Virus record (IMG/VR): IMGVR_UViG_3300025310_000004
Span: 59,759-123,758 of that record
Source of the DNA: a virus
Taxonomy: Duplodnaviria > Heunggongvirae > Uroviricota > Caudoviricetes
DNA: 64,000 bases
Direction: 5' to 3' (one strand)
Below are positions 18,516 to 25,849 of this stretch, one piece after another; positions within the stretch are counted from its first letter, which is position 1, and every line of letters begins with the position of its first letter. The position numbers were made by a program, and so were the translations under genes. Below the pieces are notes generated by a model. That model had not been told where the DNA came from, did no database searches, and saw only the letters and a list, made by a program, of their open reading frames with translations.

Positions 18516-19008
18516 TCTCTCGCTTGGTGAGCCGAGCGACGTAGGAGTGGTCCATGCTCAACTCCTCAGCGATCGCCCGGTAGGTCCATCCCTGGGAGCG
18601 CAACTCCACCATGCGGCGCAAGTCGTCGGGCGTCGTCCGGCGATACCCGGAGAAGTTGTCTCCCGCCGCCTTGCGGGCTCGGTACTCCCGCATGTAGGTG
18701 GCCTTCGCCGATGTCGATGGCACCCTGGGGTTGGTGGGCCTCGGCTTGCGGGTCGCGACCTTCTTGACGGGAGGGCTTGCGGCCTGCTCTGTCTTGGTGG
18801 CCTTCTTCCTCCTGGCGCACACCGAACAAGCGCAGTCGTTGCGACCTCGACACCGATGATGTGAGCCGGAGAGGCAGTTGGTGCAGGTGATCACGCCGCC
18901 ACCATAGCAATCCACTGAGACATGTCGCACCCATGATGTATGGTGTGGACCCCGACGAAAGGAGGCCCCCATGATCGACCTGCACGCTCTATTCGCACCC
19001 GACGACAT
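18481..19008 (-). CDS. Zn-finger + C-terminal HTH (sigma-70 region-4/LuxR-like) regulator
   Basis: N-terminal Cys clusters, basic linker and WTYRAIAEELSMDHSYVARL. The 3' end overlaps tRNA-Ser on the opposite strand. Confidence 0.55.
   Translation of the reverse strand: MSSGANRACRSIMGASFRRGPHHTSWVRHVSVDCYGGGVITCTNCLSGSHHRCRGRNDCACSVCARRKKATKTEQAASPPVKKVATRKPRPTNPRVPSTSAKATYMREYRARKAAGDNFSGYRRTTPDDLRRMVELRSQGWTYRAIAEELSMDHSYVARLTKREMAEGRGLEPQG
18923..18944 (+). promoter_or_regulatory. conserved promoter motif TGTCGCACCC-N6-TATGGT (copy 3)
   Basis: This copy has a ~20-nt leader with GAAAGGAGG SD before the ATG at 18971. Confidence 0.45.
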
Positions 19009-19849
19009 CCAGGCCGCTCTGGACGCTGGGCACCTGCTCTCGCAGACCCACCCCGAGTTCGACCTGACGATCTACAACTACTCGTCGCTGTGCCAGATCA
19101 GCCGCGCCTGGACCCCGGTCACCTCGTCGTGCCGGGGCATGATCGTCGGTCCCGACGGCAAGGTGCTGGCTCGGCCGTTCCCGAAGCGCTACAATCATCA
19201 GATGGCGCGATTCTCAAGCACCCCCGAAGCCGCAGCGATCGATCACGAGTTCTTTGGGACCGGGAAGCCCGAGGCTGATTGGCTAGCCGGGCTTGTGGCG
19301 GCGGATGGCTGCATCAAGAACGAGAAGTTCTGGACCATCACACAGTCGGGGGATCACGGACTTGAGTTGATTGAAGCGGTCAGGGGCATGATCAACCATG
19401 GCCTGTCTGTTGGTCACTACAAGCCCAAGCGGGGACGAGTGGCTCATTCGATCTACGTTCCGTCGGCCCAGATGGTGGCAGACCTGGCGACCAACTACAG
19501 CATCACGCCCCGTAAGAGCCTCACGTTGACTCCCCCCACATTGGACGAAAGTCGGTTCTCTAACTTCCTGAGGGGCTACATCGACGGAGACGGCACCGTG
19601 GGGAGATACTCGGTGGGGCGCTGTCCGAACTACCTGATCGTATGCTTGGTCGGAACCGAGGACTTCATCGAATCGGTACACCACCTCAACGAGTCCGGGC
19701 GCGTGAGGGAACTCAAGAGGGCCAAGAATACTTGGGAGATCAGGTTCAACGGGAATCACGCCGTTGACTTCTGTCGTCGGACATATGCGGCTGGGAGCGA
19801 CCTTCCTGTCACGACCAAGGCGAAGAAGGCTTTGGGAGCAATCGGATGA
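18971..19849 (+). CDS. LAGLIDADG homing endonuclease fused to a duplicated RNA-ligase N-terminal segment
   Basis: The first ~100 aa parallel the N-terminus of ORF 19846 (HPEFDL.IYNY...CRG.IV). Then LAGLVAADGCI and LRGYIDGDGTV dodecapeptide motifs. Confidence 0.6.
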   Translation: MIDLHALFAPDDIQAALDAGHLLSQTHPEFDLTIYNYSSLCQISRAWTPVTSSCRGMIVGPDGKVLARPFPKRYNHQMARFSSTPEAAAIDHEFFGTGKPEADWLAGLVAADGCIKNEKFWTITQSGDHGLELIEAVRGMINHGLSVGHYKPKRGRVAHSIYVPSAQMVADLATNYSITPRKSLTLTPPTLDESRFSNFLRGYIDGDGTVGRYSVGRCPNYLIVCLVGTEDFIESVHHLNESGRVRELKRAKNTWEIRFNGNHAVDFCRRTYAAGSDLPVTTKAKKALGAIG

Positions 19850-20940
19850 ATCACATTGGCGAGTTCTTGGATTTGGCCTCCCTGGATGCCCACATCGAAG
19901 CGGGCAACATCTCTCGATCCCCACATCACGAATTCGACCTCTACGTCCTGAACTACACGAACCAGGCGCAGTTCTCTCGCTCGTGGGACAACGAGACGCT
20001 TAATTGCCGGGGCCTGATTGTTGACTCGGGCGGTCTGGTCGTTGCTCGAAGTTGGGCCAAGTTCTTCAACCACACCGAGACGGCCGTCCCCAAGTACGCC
20101 CTGACCACGCCGCCCATCGTCACCGAGAAGATGGATGGCTCGCTGGGGATCATCTACCAGCGTCCCGATGGGCGCTTCGCCGTCGCCACGCGTGGCTCGT
20201 TCGCGTCTGACCAGGCCGTCTGGGCAACGCAGTGGCTCACCGTCGAGATGCCGGGGTTCATCCAGCCTGCTGGTGTGACCACCCTGGTGGAGATCATCTA
20301 CCCCGAGAACCGGATCGTTGTGGACTACGGCGACCGTGCGGAGTTGGTGCTGCTGGGTGCCATCAACATCGCCACCGGAGCCGACATCCCCCTGTGGGAG
20401 ATCGACTGGTGGCCTGGTGCTCGCGCCGAGATGCACACCGGCATCGGCCACATGGACGACGTGTACCGCTTCGCGACGGGCAACGAGAAGGAGAACGATG
20501 AGGGCATCGTGGCGGTCTGGTACCGCCCCGGCGAGCCGTCGTTCCGGCTCAAGGTGAAGCACCCCGAGTACGTCCGGCTCCACCGGATCATCACGGGCAT
20601 CAATACCAAGCGCGTCTGGGAGGTGCTGGCTTCTGGCGGCGACTTCTACGACGTACTGGATCGTGTCCCCGACGAGTTCTACGGCTGGGTCAAGGGGGTC
20701 ATCACTGACCTCCGCAACCAGTACCAGGACATCGAGGATGCGGTCTATGAGCAGTTCCAGATCATCTGCCTCAACACCGACGACGGCGACCGCAAGGGCT
20801 TCGCCGCCAAGGCCAAGGCCACGCCGTGGCCGGGGTTGATGTTCGCCCTGCTCGATGGCAAGGACATCGAGCGTGCCATCTGGGACATGATCAAGCCCAA
20901 GGCCGAGAAGCCCTTCGCTGACCAGGGTGAGGACACCTGA
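19846..20940 (+). CDS. RNA ligase (Rnl-type nucleotidyltransferase)
   Basis: KMDGSLG motif I lysine. Sits beside a Pnkp gene. Confidence 0.7.
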   Translation: MNHIGEFLDLASLDAHIEAGNISRSPHHEFDLYVLNYTNQAQFSRSWDNETLNCRGLIVDSGGLVVARSWAKFFNHTETAVPKYALTTPPIVTEKMDGSLGIIYQRPDGRFAVATRGSFASDQAVWATQWLTVEMPGFIQPAGVTTLVEIIYPENRIVVDYGDRAELVLLGAINIATGADIPLWEIDWWPGARAEMHTGIGHMDDVYRFATGNEKENDEGIVAVWYRPGEPSFRLKVKHPEYVRLHRIITGINTKRVWEVLASGGDFYDVLDRVPDEFYGWVKGVITDLRNQYQDIEDAVYEQFQIICLNTDDGDRKGFAAKAKATPWPGLMFALLDGKDIERAIWDMIKPKAEKPFADQGEDT

Positions 20941-21006
20941 TCCTCCCCTGGTCAGTGTCGCAGTGGTGTGCTACTATCACGCCACGCCAAGAGAGAGGAG
21001 ACACCC

Positions 21007-21864
21007 ATGGCACGACTCATCATCACCCGAGGTCTACCGGCATCGGGCAAGTCCACCTGGGCGATCGAGCAGATCGCCAAGAACCCCGGTCGCACCATCC
21101 GTGTCAACCGGGATGACATCCGCGCCTCGATCCATGGCGGCGGCAAGTGGTCCAAGACCAAGGAGAAGGCGACCGTTGCAGTTCGCGACGCCATGATCCG
21201 TGCTGGTCTGGCGCAGGGCCTCACGGTCATCTGCGACGACACGAACCTGCCCCAGAAGGTCGTGGACGACCTGACCTTCCTGGCGCACGAGGCCAAGGCC
21301 GATGTGCTGGTGCAGGACTTCACCCACGTCTCGCCCGAGGAGTGCATCAAGCGTGACCTCGCCCGTGAGCGCACGGTGGGGGCCGAGGTCATCATGCGGT
21401 GGTACAACGACTTTCTCAAGCCGGACATGACCGTCACCGTGGATGAGTCCAAGCCCAAGTGCGTCATCGTGGACGTGGACGGCACCCTCGCCCTCCACGT
21501 CGCTCGCGGCCCCTTCGAGTACGACAAGTGCTCGACGGACGCTCCCAATCCCCGTGTGGTCGAGTTGATCAAGATGCTCCGCTCGACCTACGAGGTGGTG
21601 GTGTGCTCTGGCCGTGAGGGCACCGATCAGTGCCGCGCTGACACCATCGAGTGGCTGCAGCGTCACGGCATCACCTTCTCGGGGTTCTTCATGCGCCCCG
21701 AGGGTGACATGCGGAAGGACGCCATCATCAAGCGCGAGATTCTGGAACGGGACATCCTCCCGCGCTGGAACCCTGTGCTGGTGGTGGACGACCGCGATCA
21801 GGTCGTCCGCATGTGGCGCGATGCCGGGCTGACCTGCTGGCAGGTCGCCGACGGCAACTTCTGA
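21007..21864 (+). CDS. pnkp: polynucleotide kinase-phosphatase (T4 Pnkp-like)
   Basis: N-terminal P-loop GLPASGKST and C-terminal HAD motif VIVDVDGTLA. Confidence 0.8.
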   Translation: MARLIITRGLPASGKSTWAIEQIAKNPGRTIRVNRDDIRASIHGGGKWSKTKEKATVAVRDAMIRAGLAQGLTVICDDTNLPQKVVDDLTFLAHEAKADVLVQDFTHVSPEECIKRDLARERTVGAEVIMRWYNDFLKPDMTVTVDESKPKCVIVDVDGTLALHVARGPFEYDKCSTDAPNPRVVELIKMLRSTYEVVVCSGREGTDQCRADTIEWLQRHGITFSGFFMRPEGDMRKDAIIKREILERDILPRWNPVLVVDDRDQVVRMWRDAGLTCWQVADGNF

Positions 21865-21870
21865 GAGCCG

Positions 21871-21912
21871 CCCCCTGTTGTAGTCCTGTCGATCAGGTGC
21901 TACAACAGGGGG
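21871..21912 (+). promoter_or_regulatory. perfect 13-bp hairpin ending 2 nt before the WhiB-like ATG
   Basis: CCCCCTGTTGTAG-(16 nt)-CTACAACAGGGGG. The 3' arm contains the AGGGGG SD. Confidence 0.4.
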
Positions 21913-21914
21913 CC

Positions 21915-22145
21915 ATGCTCGAACCTCCCGCATGGCACGCCTTCGCCAACTGCCGGGGTTGTGACCCCGACCTGTTCTTCCCCCAACGAGGTGAATCGAC
22001 CAGGGAGGCCAAGGCGGTGTGTGCTGGGTGCGTGGTGCGCGAGGACTGCCTTGCCGACAGCGTTAGTGAGAAGTTCGGCATCTGGGGTGGCCTGAGCGAG
22101 CGTGAGCGACGCCGCATCCGCAGGCGGATCGCCCTCGCTGGATAA
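21915..22145 (+). CDS. WhiB-like (Wbl) protein
   Basis: CRGC, CAGCVVREDC and FGIWGG. Confidence 0.7.
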   Translation: MLEPPAWHAFANCRGCDPDLFFPQRGESTREAKAVCAGCVVREDCLADSVSEKFGIWGGLSERERRRIRRRIALAG

Positions 22146-22157
22146 CCCCTTGCGCTG

Positions 22158-22180
22158 GTGTCGCACCCGTGTGCTAGGGT
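22158..22180 (+). promoter_or_regulatory. conserved promoter motif GTGTCGCACCCGTGTGCTAGGGT (copy 4)
   Basis: TGcTAGGGT extended -10, with the ATG at 22188 seven nt downstream (leaderless 28-codon ORF). Confidence 0.5.
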
Positions 22181-22307
22181 CGTAGACATGTTCAGGTCCA
22201 GCGACTTCCGCGAACGAGATCAGCGCCGCTCCCGGCGTTGGCGTCGCGATGCGCGACCTGAGGAGCGCAACTAACCCGTACCCCTCATATCCGGGTGCGG
22301 GAATCAT

Positions 22308-22378
22308 CCCCCCGGAGACATAGGGTGCGTCACCTGCCTCTCAAGCAGGAGAATCGGGTTCGAGTCCCGGCGGGGGGA
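22308..22378 (+). tRNA. tRNA-Glu(CTC)
   Basis: Acceptor CCCCCCG/CGGGGGG. Anticodon loop CTCTCAA. Confidence 0.6.
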
Positions 22379-22381
22379 CTA

Positions 22382-22464
22382 GGGAGTGTGGTGGTCGCGT
22401 GAGCACCATCCCGAGTCAGGAACAACACCAGTGGATCGGTGCCTGACGAGTTGGAGCACTCCCT
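22382..22464 (+). ncRNA. atypical tRNA-like element (acceptor and D-stem pair, no canonical T-loop or anticodon loop)
   Basis: GGGAGTG...CACTCCC 7-bp acceptor, with internal helices GTCAGG/CCTGAC and CACC/GGTG. Confidence 0.3.
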
Positions 22465-22473
22465 CACAACCTA

Positions 22474-22549
22474 GGTCCGTTGGTGTAGTGGTCTTGCACG
22501 TTGGCTTGTCACGCCAAAGGAATTGGGGGTTCGATTCCCCTACGGACCG
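22474..22549 (+). tRNA. tRNA-Asp(GTC)
   Basis: Acceptor GGTCCGT/ACGGACC. Anticodon loop TTGTCAC. Confidence 0.7.
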
Positions 22550-22599
22550 CGTAACTCCCTGGTGAGCCTCTCACCGAAGCGCCCAGGGAGAGAGAACAA

Positions 22600-22671
22600 G
22601 CCCCAGGAGACGTATGGCGAGTCGCCGGACTTTCAATCCGGTTGTAGCGGGTTCGATTCCCGTCTGGGGTA
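22600..22671 (+). tRNA. tRNA-Glu(TTC)
   Basis: Anticodon stem CCGGA/TCCGG. Anticodon loop CTTTCAA. Confidence 0.6.
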
Positions 22672-22684
22672 CGCAACAACACAT

Positions 22685-22754
22685 AGGCCAGCCACAGGGT
22701 GGACGGGAGTCTCCAAAACTCCTAGGCAGGGTTCGAGTCCCTGTTGGCCTGCCA
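22685..22754 (+). tRNA. tRNA-Trp(CCA) with shortened D-arm, CCA encoded
   Basis: Anticodon stem GGAGT/ACTCC. Anticodon loop CTCCAAA. Only 14 nt between acceptor and anticodon stem. Confidence 0.5.
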
Positions 22755-22755
22755 A

Positions 22756-22832
22756 GCGCCCGTGGTCTAATGGATTAGGACACTTGACTACGAATCAAGA
22801 GGCTGCAGGTTCGAGTCCTGCCGGGCGCGCCA
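22756..22832 (+). tRNA. tRNA-Arg(ACG), CCA encoded
   Basis: Acceptor GCGCCCG/CGGGCGC. Anticodon loop CTACGAA. Confidence 0.75.
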
Positions 22833-22833
22833 A

Positions 22834-22906
22834 CCCGATGTAACTCAGCGGAGAGAGTGCCGTCTTGCGAAGGCGGAAGTCGCAGGTTCGACTCCTGCCA
22901 TCGGGG
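22834..22906 (+). tRNA. tRNA-Arg(GCG)
   Basis: Acceptor CCCGATG/CATCGGG. Anticodon loop TTGCGAA. Confidence 0.6.
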
Positions 22907-22922
22907 CTTGACAACAGAACTT

Positions 22923-22997
22923 CCCCCGTTGGTGAAACGGAGATCACGGCGTCGTCCGAAGGCGCAGTTCCAGGTTCGATTCCTGGGTGGGGGGCCA
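22923..22997 (+). tRNA. tRNA-Arg(CCG), CCA encoded
   Basis: D-stem GTGA/TCAC. Anticodon loop GTCCGAA. Confidence 0.55.
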
Positions 22998-23075
22998 CCG
23001 GGTAGGGGTGACGGCTTGGAAGCACGCCGGTCTGGGGGACCGGAGGACGCGGGTTCAAATCCCGCCTACCCGACC
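22998..23075 (+). tRNA. tRNA-Pro(GGG), CCA encoded
   Basis: Acceptor CGGGTAG/CTACCCG. Anticodon loop CTGGGGG. Confidence 0.6.
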
Positions 23076-23079
23076 AGAA

Positions 23080-23445
23080 CTACTTGCGACGAAGGTACTT
23101 CCAGACTCGTGAGTCCGAATCAAACAGGTGCTTGAGGAACCATGCGAAGAAGGTCACGACTCCACCAGCGATGATCGCCGTCCAGACCGGAGACTCTCCG
23201 GCGACGTACTGGATGTGCTCGGTGAGAGTGTCGCCGCCGCTGTCGTTGATGAGCGCTGGGACCTCGATGGCGAAGAAGCCGACGACGGCGCTCACCAGCC
23301 AGATCACCCAGGCGATCGTCCAGCCCTTGCGAGGCTGATCCCCCTCGGGAGTGGGCGGCTTCTTGGCAAGGAAGGCCATGCGCCCCACGAAGGCCGCTCC
23401 ACCCAGAAGGGCTACCGTGAGCAGGGTGGTGGCGACGACATCCAT
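23080..23445 (-). CDS. small membrane protein (3-4 TM)
   Basis: Hydrophobic ORF. The long N-terminus would overlap tRNA-Arg, so the shorter MDVV start is preferred. Confidence 0.45.
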   Translation of the reverse strand: MDVVATTLLTVALLGGAAFVGRMAFLAKKPPTPEGDQPRKGWTIAWVIWLVSAVVGFFAIEVPALINDSGGDTLTEHIQYVAGESPVWTAIIAGGVVTFFAWFLKHLFDSDSRVWKYLRRK

Positions 23446-23462
23446 AGCGCAAGCGTACTCTC

Positions 23463-23534
23463 GCCCTCGTGGTGGAAGGGATACCACGGCTCTCTCCTAA
23501 AGAGCAGGTCTGGGTTCGAGTCCCAGCGAGGGCG
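23463..23534 (+). tRNA. tRNA-Arg(CCT)
   Basis: Acceptor GCCCTCG/CGAGGGC. Anticodon loop CTCCTAA. Confidence 0.7.
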
Positions 23535-23540
23535 CTACAA

Positions 23541-23612
23541 GCCTCCGTCGTCCAACGGATAGGACACCCGCCCTCTAAGCGGTGGATGCGGGTTCGACTC
23601 CTGCCGGGGGCG
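23541..23612 (+). tRNA. tRNA-Arg(TCT)-like (C33, weak anticodon stem)
   Basis: Anticodon loop CCTCTAA. The alternative register CTCTAAG would give a CTA anticodon. Confidence 0.4.
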
Positions 23613-23614
23613 CT

Positions 23615-23635
23615 GTCGCACTCAAGTAGTACGAT
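23615..23635 (+). promoter_or_regulatory. promoter motif variant TGTCGCACTC...TAGTACGAT (copy 5)
   Basis: GTG start at 23643, seven nt after TACGAT. Confidence 0.4.
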
Positions 23636-23642
23636 CTGTTGC

Positions 23643-24407
23643 GTGATCGGTGAAGTTGAGTTCGAGGTACCAGACCTTGCCGAGCCAATCAGGGCTTGGA
23701 GATGTTGGCTGCTGGATGGCGACTTCGCTACGCCCATCTTGAAGTCGCCTCAGTCTGGTGTCATCTGGCCGCCAGTGAACGGGTGGCCGAGCGCAGTGAT
23801 TCGTGATCCTGAGCGCAACTACATCACCGCGACGTGTCGGAACGTGACGGGACCTTGTGGGTCATCGCCGTCGGCATCGCGAGATGGTCACCGTGGGGTC
23901 GGTTGTGGCATCTACGCCTACAAGACCGTCGAGGACCTGGCGTGGGATTGGCCTCTTGCTGGCTTGAGCCGCTTCTCCCCCATGAACCTGCTTCCCCCAC
24001 CGTGGGCGCAAGTGGTGTGGGGCCGTGTGCTGTTGTGGGGTCGCGTGTTCGAGCACGATCGTGGCTATCGGGCTGAGTTCGCTCGCATCGACTCGTTGGT
24101 GAGCGTGCCAAACCTTGGCTTCCTGTCGGACGACAAGTTGCTTGATGTCGCCAAGTTCTACGGGGTTCCCTACGAGGTGCTCACCACCGTGTCCAAGGCC
24201 GACCTCGAAGCGGCGGCGTTGGCTCGCGAGAACGAGATGGTGGAGCGGATCAATGCCGCCTACACCAGCCTCGGGGTAGCCCTGGACAACTTGGTTGATG
24301 TGATGACGCGTGGCATGACCCAGATGGTCAAGAGCGTGGCGGATGCCATCGAGCGCTTCAATGCCACCTACGGCAAGGGCGACGACAAGGAGGATGACGA
24401 TGGGTGA
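23643..24407 (+). CDS. hypothetical protein
   Basis: The ORF-track N-terminus overlaps tRNAs, so I trimmed it to the leaderless GTG after the promoter motif. Confidence 0.5.
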   Translation: MIGEVEFEVPDLAEPIRAWRCWLLDGDFATPILKSPQSGVIWPPVNGWPSAVIRDPERNYITATCRNVTGPCGSSPSASRDGHRGVGCGIYAYKTVEDLAWDWPLAGLSRFSPMNLLPPPWAQVVWGRVLLWGRVFEHDRGYRAEFARIDSLVSVPNLGFLSDDKLLDVAKFYGVPYEVLTTVSKADLEAAALARENEMVERINAAYTSLGVALDNLVDVMTRGMTQMVKSVADAIERFNATYGKGDDKEDDDG

Positions 24408-24534
24408 GATCGGAGAGCCGGTGCGTGAGGAGCCATGGCAGGTCCCCGCACCGCCAACGCATGAGCCGGTGAAGGAGCCTTCCCCTGAGCCGGTCGAGCA
24501 GCCCGAGCCTGAGCGCCCCCTGATTCCCGCCTGA
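24394..24534 (+). CDS. small Pro/Glu-rich hypothetical protein
   Basis: Internal ATG overlaps the upstream gene end. Confidence 0.3.
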   Translation: MTMGEIGEPVREEPWQVPAPPTHEPVKEPSPEPVEQPEPERPLIPA

Positions 24535-24538
24535 TCGA

Positions 24539-24560
24539 TGTCGCACCCGGCTGCTATGTT
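24539..24560 (+). promoter_or_regulatory. conserved promoter motif TGTCGCACCC-N6-TGcTATGTT (copy 6)
   Basis: ATG at 24567, six nt after the -10. Confidence 0.5.
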
Positions 24561-24566
24561 GCAGCC

Positions 24567-25256
24567 ATGAACGTGATCCTGCAAGGGGTTGTCGGCTCAA
24601 CCGCCTACGGCCTCGCTACCCCAACTTCCGACATCGACCGCCTCGGCGTGTTCCAAGCCCGCACCTCTGAGTTGCTGGGCCTGCATCCGCCCAAGGAGTC
24701 GCGCGTCTCGACCAACCCGGACGTGACCCACCACGAGTTGGGCAAGTTCGTGAAGTTGTGCCTGGCGAACAACCCCACGGTGATGGAGTTGCTCTGGCTT
24801 GACGAGTACGAGGTGATGACCCCCCTGGGTGAGCGCCTCATCGAGCATCGTCAGTCCTTCATGTCGCAGCGCATCCGCAAGACCTACGGTGGCTATGCCC
24901 GCCAGCAGTTCGAGCGGCTGATGCGTCGTGAGGAGGCCGAGCCGGGCGCTGGCTTCGCTGCCGACCTCAAGAAGCGCACCGAGAAGCACGCCCGCCACTG
25001 CTACCGCCTCATCCTGCAGGGCACCCATGCGCTTCGCACGGGTGAGTTGCGGGTGCGGCTGACTTCTGAGGAAGTTCAGATGTGCCGTGAGGCTGGGCTG
25101 ATGGCAGCCAATGACGTGGTGGAGTTCGGCAAGTCCGTCGAGATCGCCATGGCCGAGTTCGATGCCACCCCCACGGACCTCCCTGAGCATCCCGACGATG
25201 CGGACGCGAACTCGATGCTCGTGGTGGCTCGCACGCTCGATCTCACCGCTCCCTGA
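24567..25256 (+). CDS. Pol-beta-superfamily nucleotidyltransferase
   Basis: VVGSTAYGLATPTSDIDRLGVF GS..D.D motif. Confidence 0.65.
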   Translation: MNVILQGVVGSTAYGLATPTSDIDRLGVFQARTSELLGLHPPKESRVSTNPDVTHHELGKFVKLCLANNPTVMELLWLDEYEVMTPLGERLIEHRQSFMSQRIRKTYGGYARQQFERLMRREEAEPGAGFAADLKKRTEKHARHCYRLILQGTHALRTGELRVRLTSEEVQMCREAGLMAANDVVEFGKSVEIAMAEFDATPTDLPEHPDDADANSMLVVARTLDLTAP

Positions 25257-25273
25257 GAAACTCCTTGCGCGGG

Positions 25274-25295
25274 TGTCGCACCCAGGTGCTAAGGT
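25274..25295 (+). promoter_or_regulatory. conserved promoter motif TGTCGCACCC-N6-TGcTAAGGT (copy 7)
   Basis: Upstream of a 27-codon ORF (ATG ~25340, AGGAGG SD) and the tRNA cluster. Confidence 0.45.
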
Positions 25296-25439
25296 GATCG
25301 AAGAACGCATCGAGCGTTGAGCCACAGGAGGTGACCCAAATGCGAGCGTGTACGAGCATCACAACTGAGATGACCGGCGCTGGCATGGGGATTCCCGTAG
25401 GCTCCGGTCGATTTACCGGCTGACGCTGGTAGCCCAGGT

Positions 25440-25515
25440 CGCGGCTGGGTGAAACGGTTTCCACGCCTGGCTCATAACCAGGAGACATCCGGTTCGACTC
25501 CGGTAGCCGCCACCA
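25440..25515 (+). tRNA. tRNA-Met(CAT), initiator-like (C1·C72 mismatch, A73), CCA encoded
   Basis: Acceptor CGCGGCT/AGCCGCC. Anticodon stem CCTGG/CCAGG. Anticodon loop CTCATAA. Confidence 0.55.
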
Positions 25516-25648
25516 ACCTGCCAGACCGATGATGGGACGCCCACCGAATGACCCGGAGGCGAAACCCGGAGGTCTGACTCCCGACGAGATGGTGCAGGCC
25601 ACTTGTCGGACTCGGGTGAGGGGGCTTCGGCCCCCCACCCGACACCAT

Positions 25649-25722
25649 GGGGCAGCATGTACCAAGGCGGGCGACAGTGCTTTGCAAGCACCGTGTGGTG
25701 GGTTCGATTCCCACCTGCTCCA
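25649..25722 (+). tRNA. tRNA-Ala(TGC) with G3·U70
   Basis: Acceptor GGGGCAG/CTGCTCC. Anticodon loop TTTGCAA. T-arm GTGGG-TTCGATT-CCCAC. Confidence 0.6.
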
Positions 25723-25781
25723 CTGCAGCAGGGTCACCTGCGAGCAAGCGATCATTGACAACTGAATAGGTCTACACAGAT

Positions 25782-25849
25782 GGGGCACGCGCAGGGCGCA
25801 CGCGTCGCTGGCAGCGAAGCATCGCGGGGTTCGAGTCCCCGGTGCTCCA
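25782..25849 (+). pseudogene. tRNA-Ala-like pseudo-tRNA lacking an anticodon loop
   Basis: Acceptor GGGGCAC/GTGCTCC with G3·U70 and a canonical T-arm. Only 36 nt separate them: helix TCGCT/AGCGA with a 3-nt loop. Confidence 0.4.

Noticed and set aside
22523-23058. ORF-track ORFs inside the tRNA clusters (e.g. 22523..22843, 25243..25872, 26222..26734)
   Set aside because: They overlap multiple cloverleaf-folding tRNA genes and have no start context.
25756-25761. Consensus TTGACA hexamers at 25756 and 29539
   Set aside because: No -10 box at 16-19 bp spacing, so these are probably chance matches.
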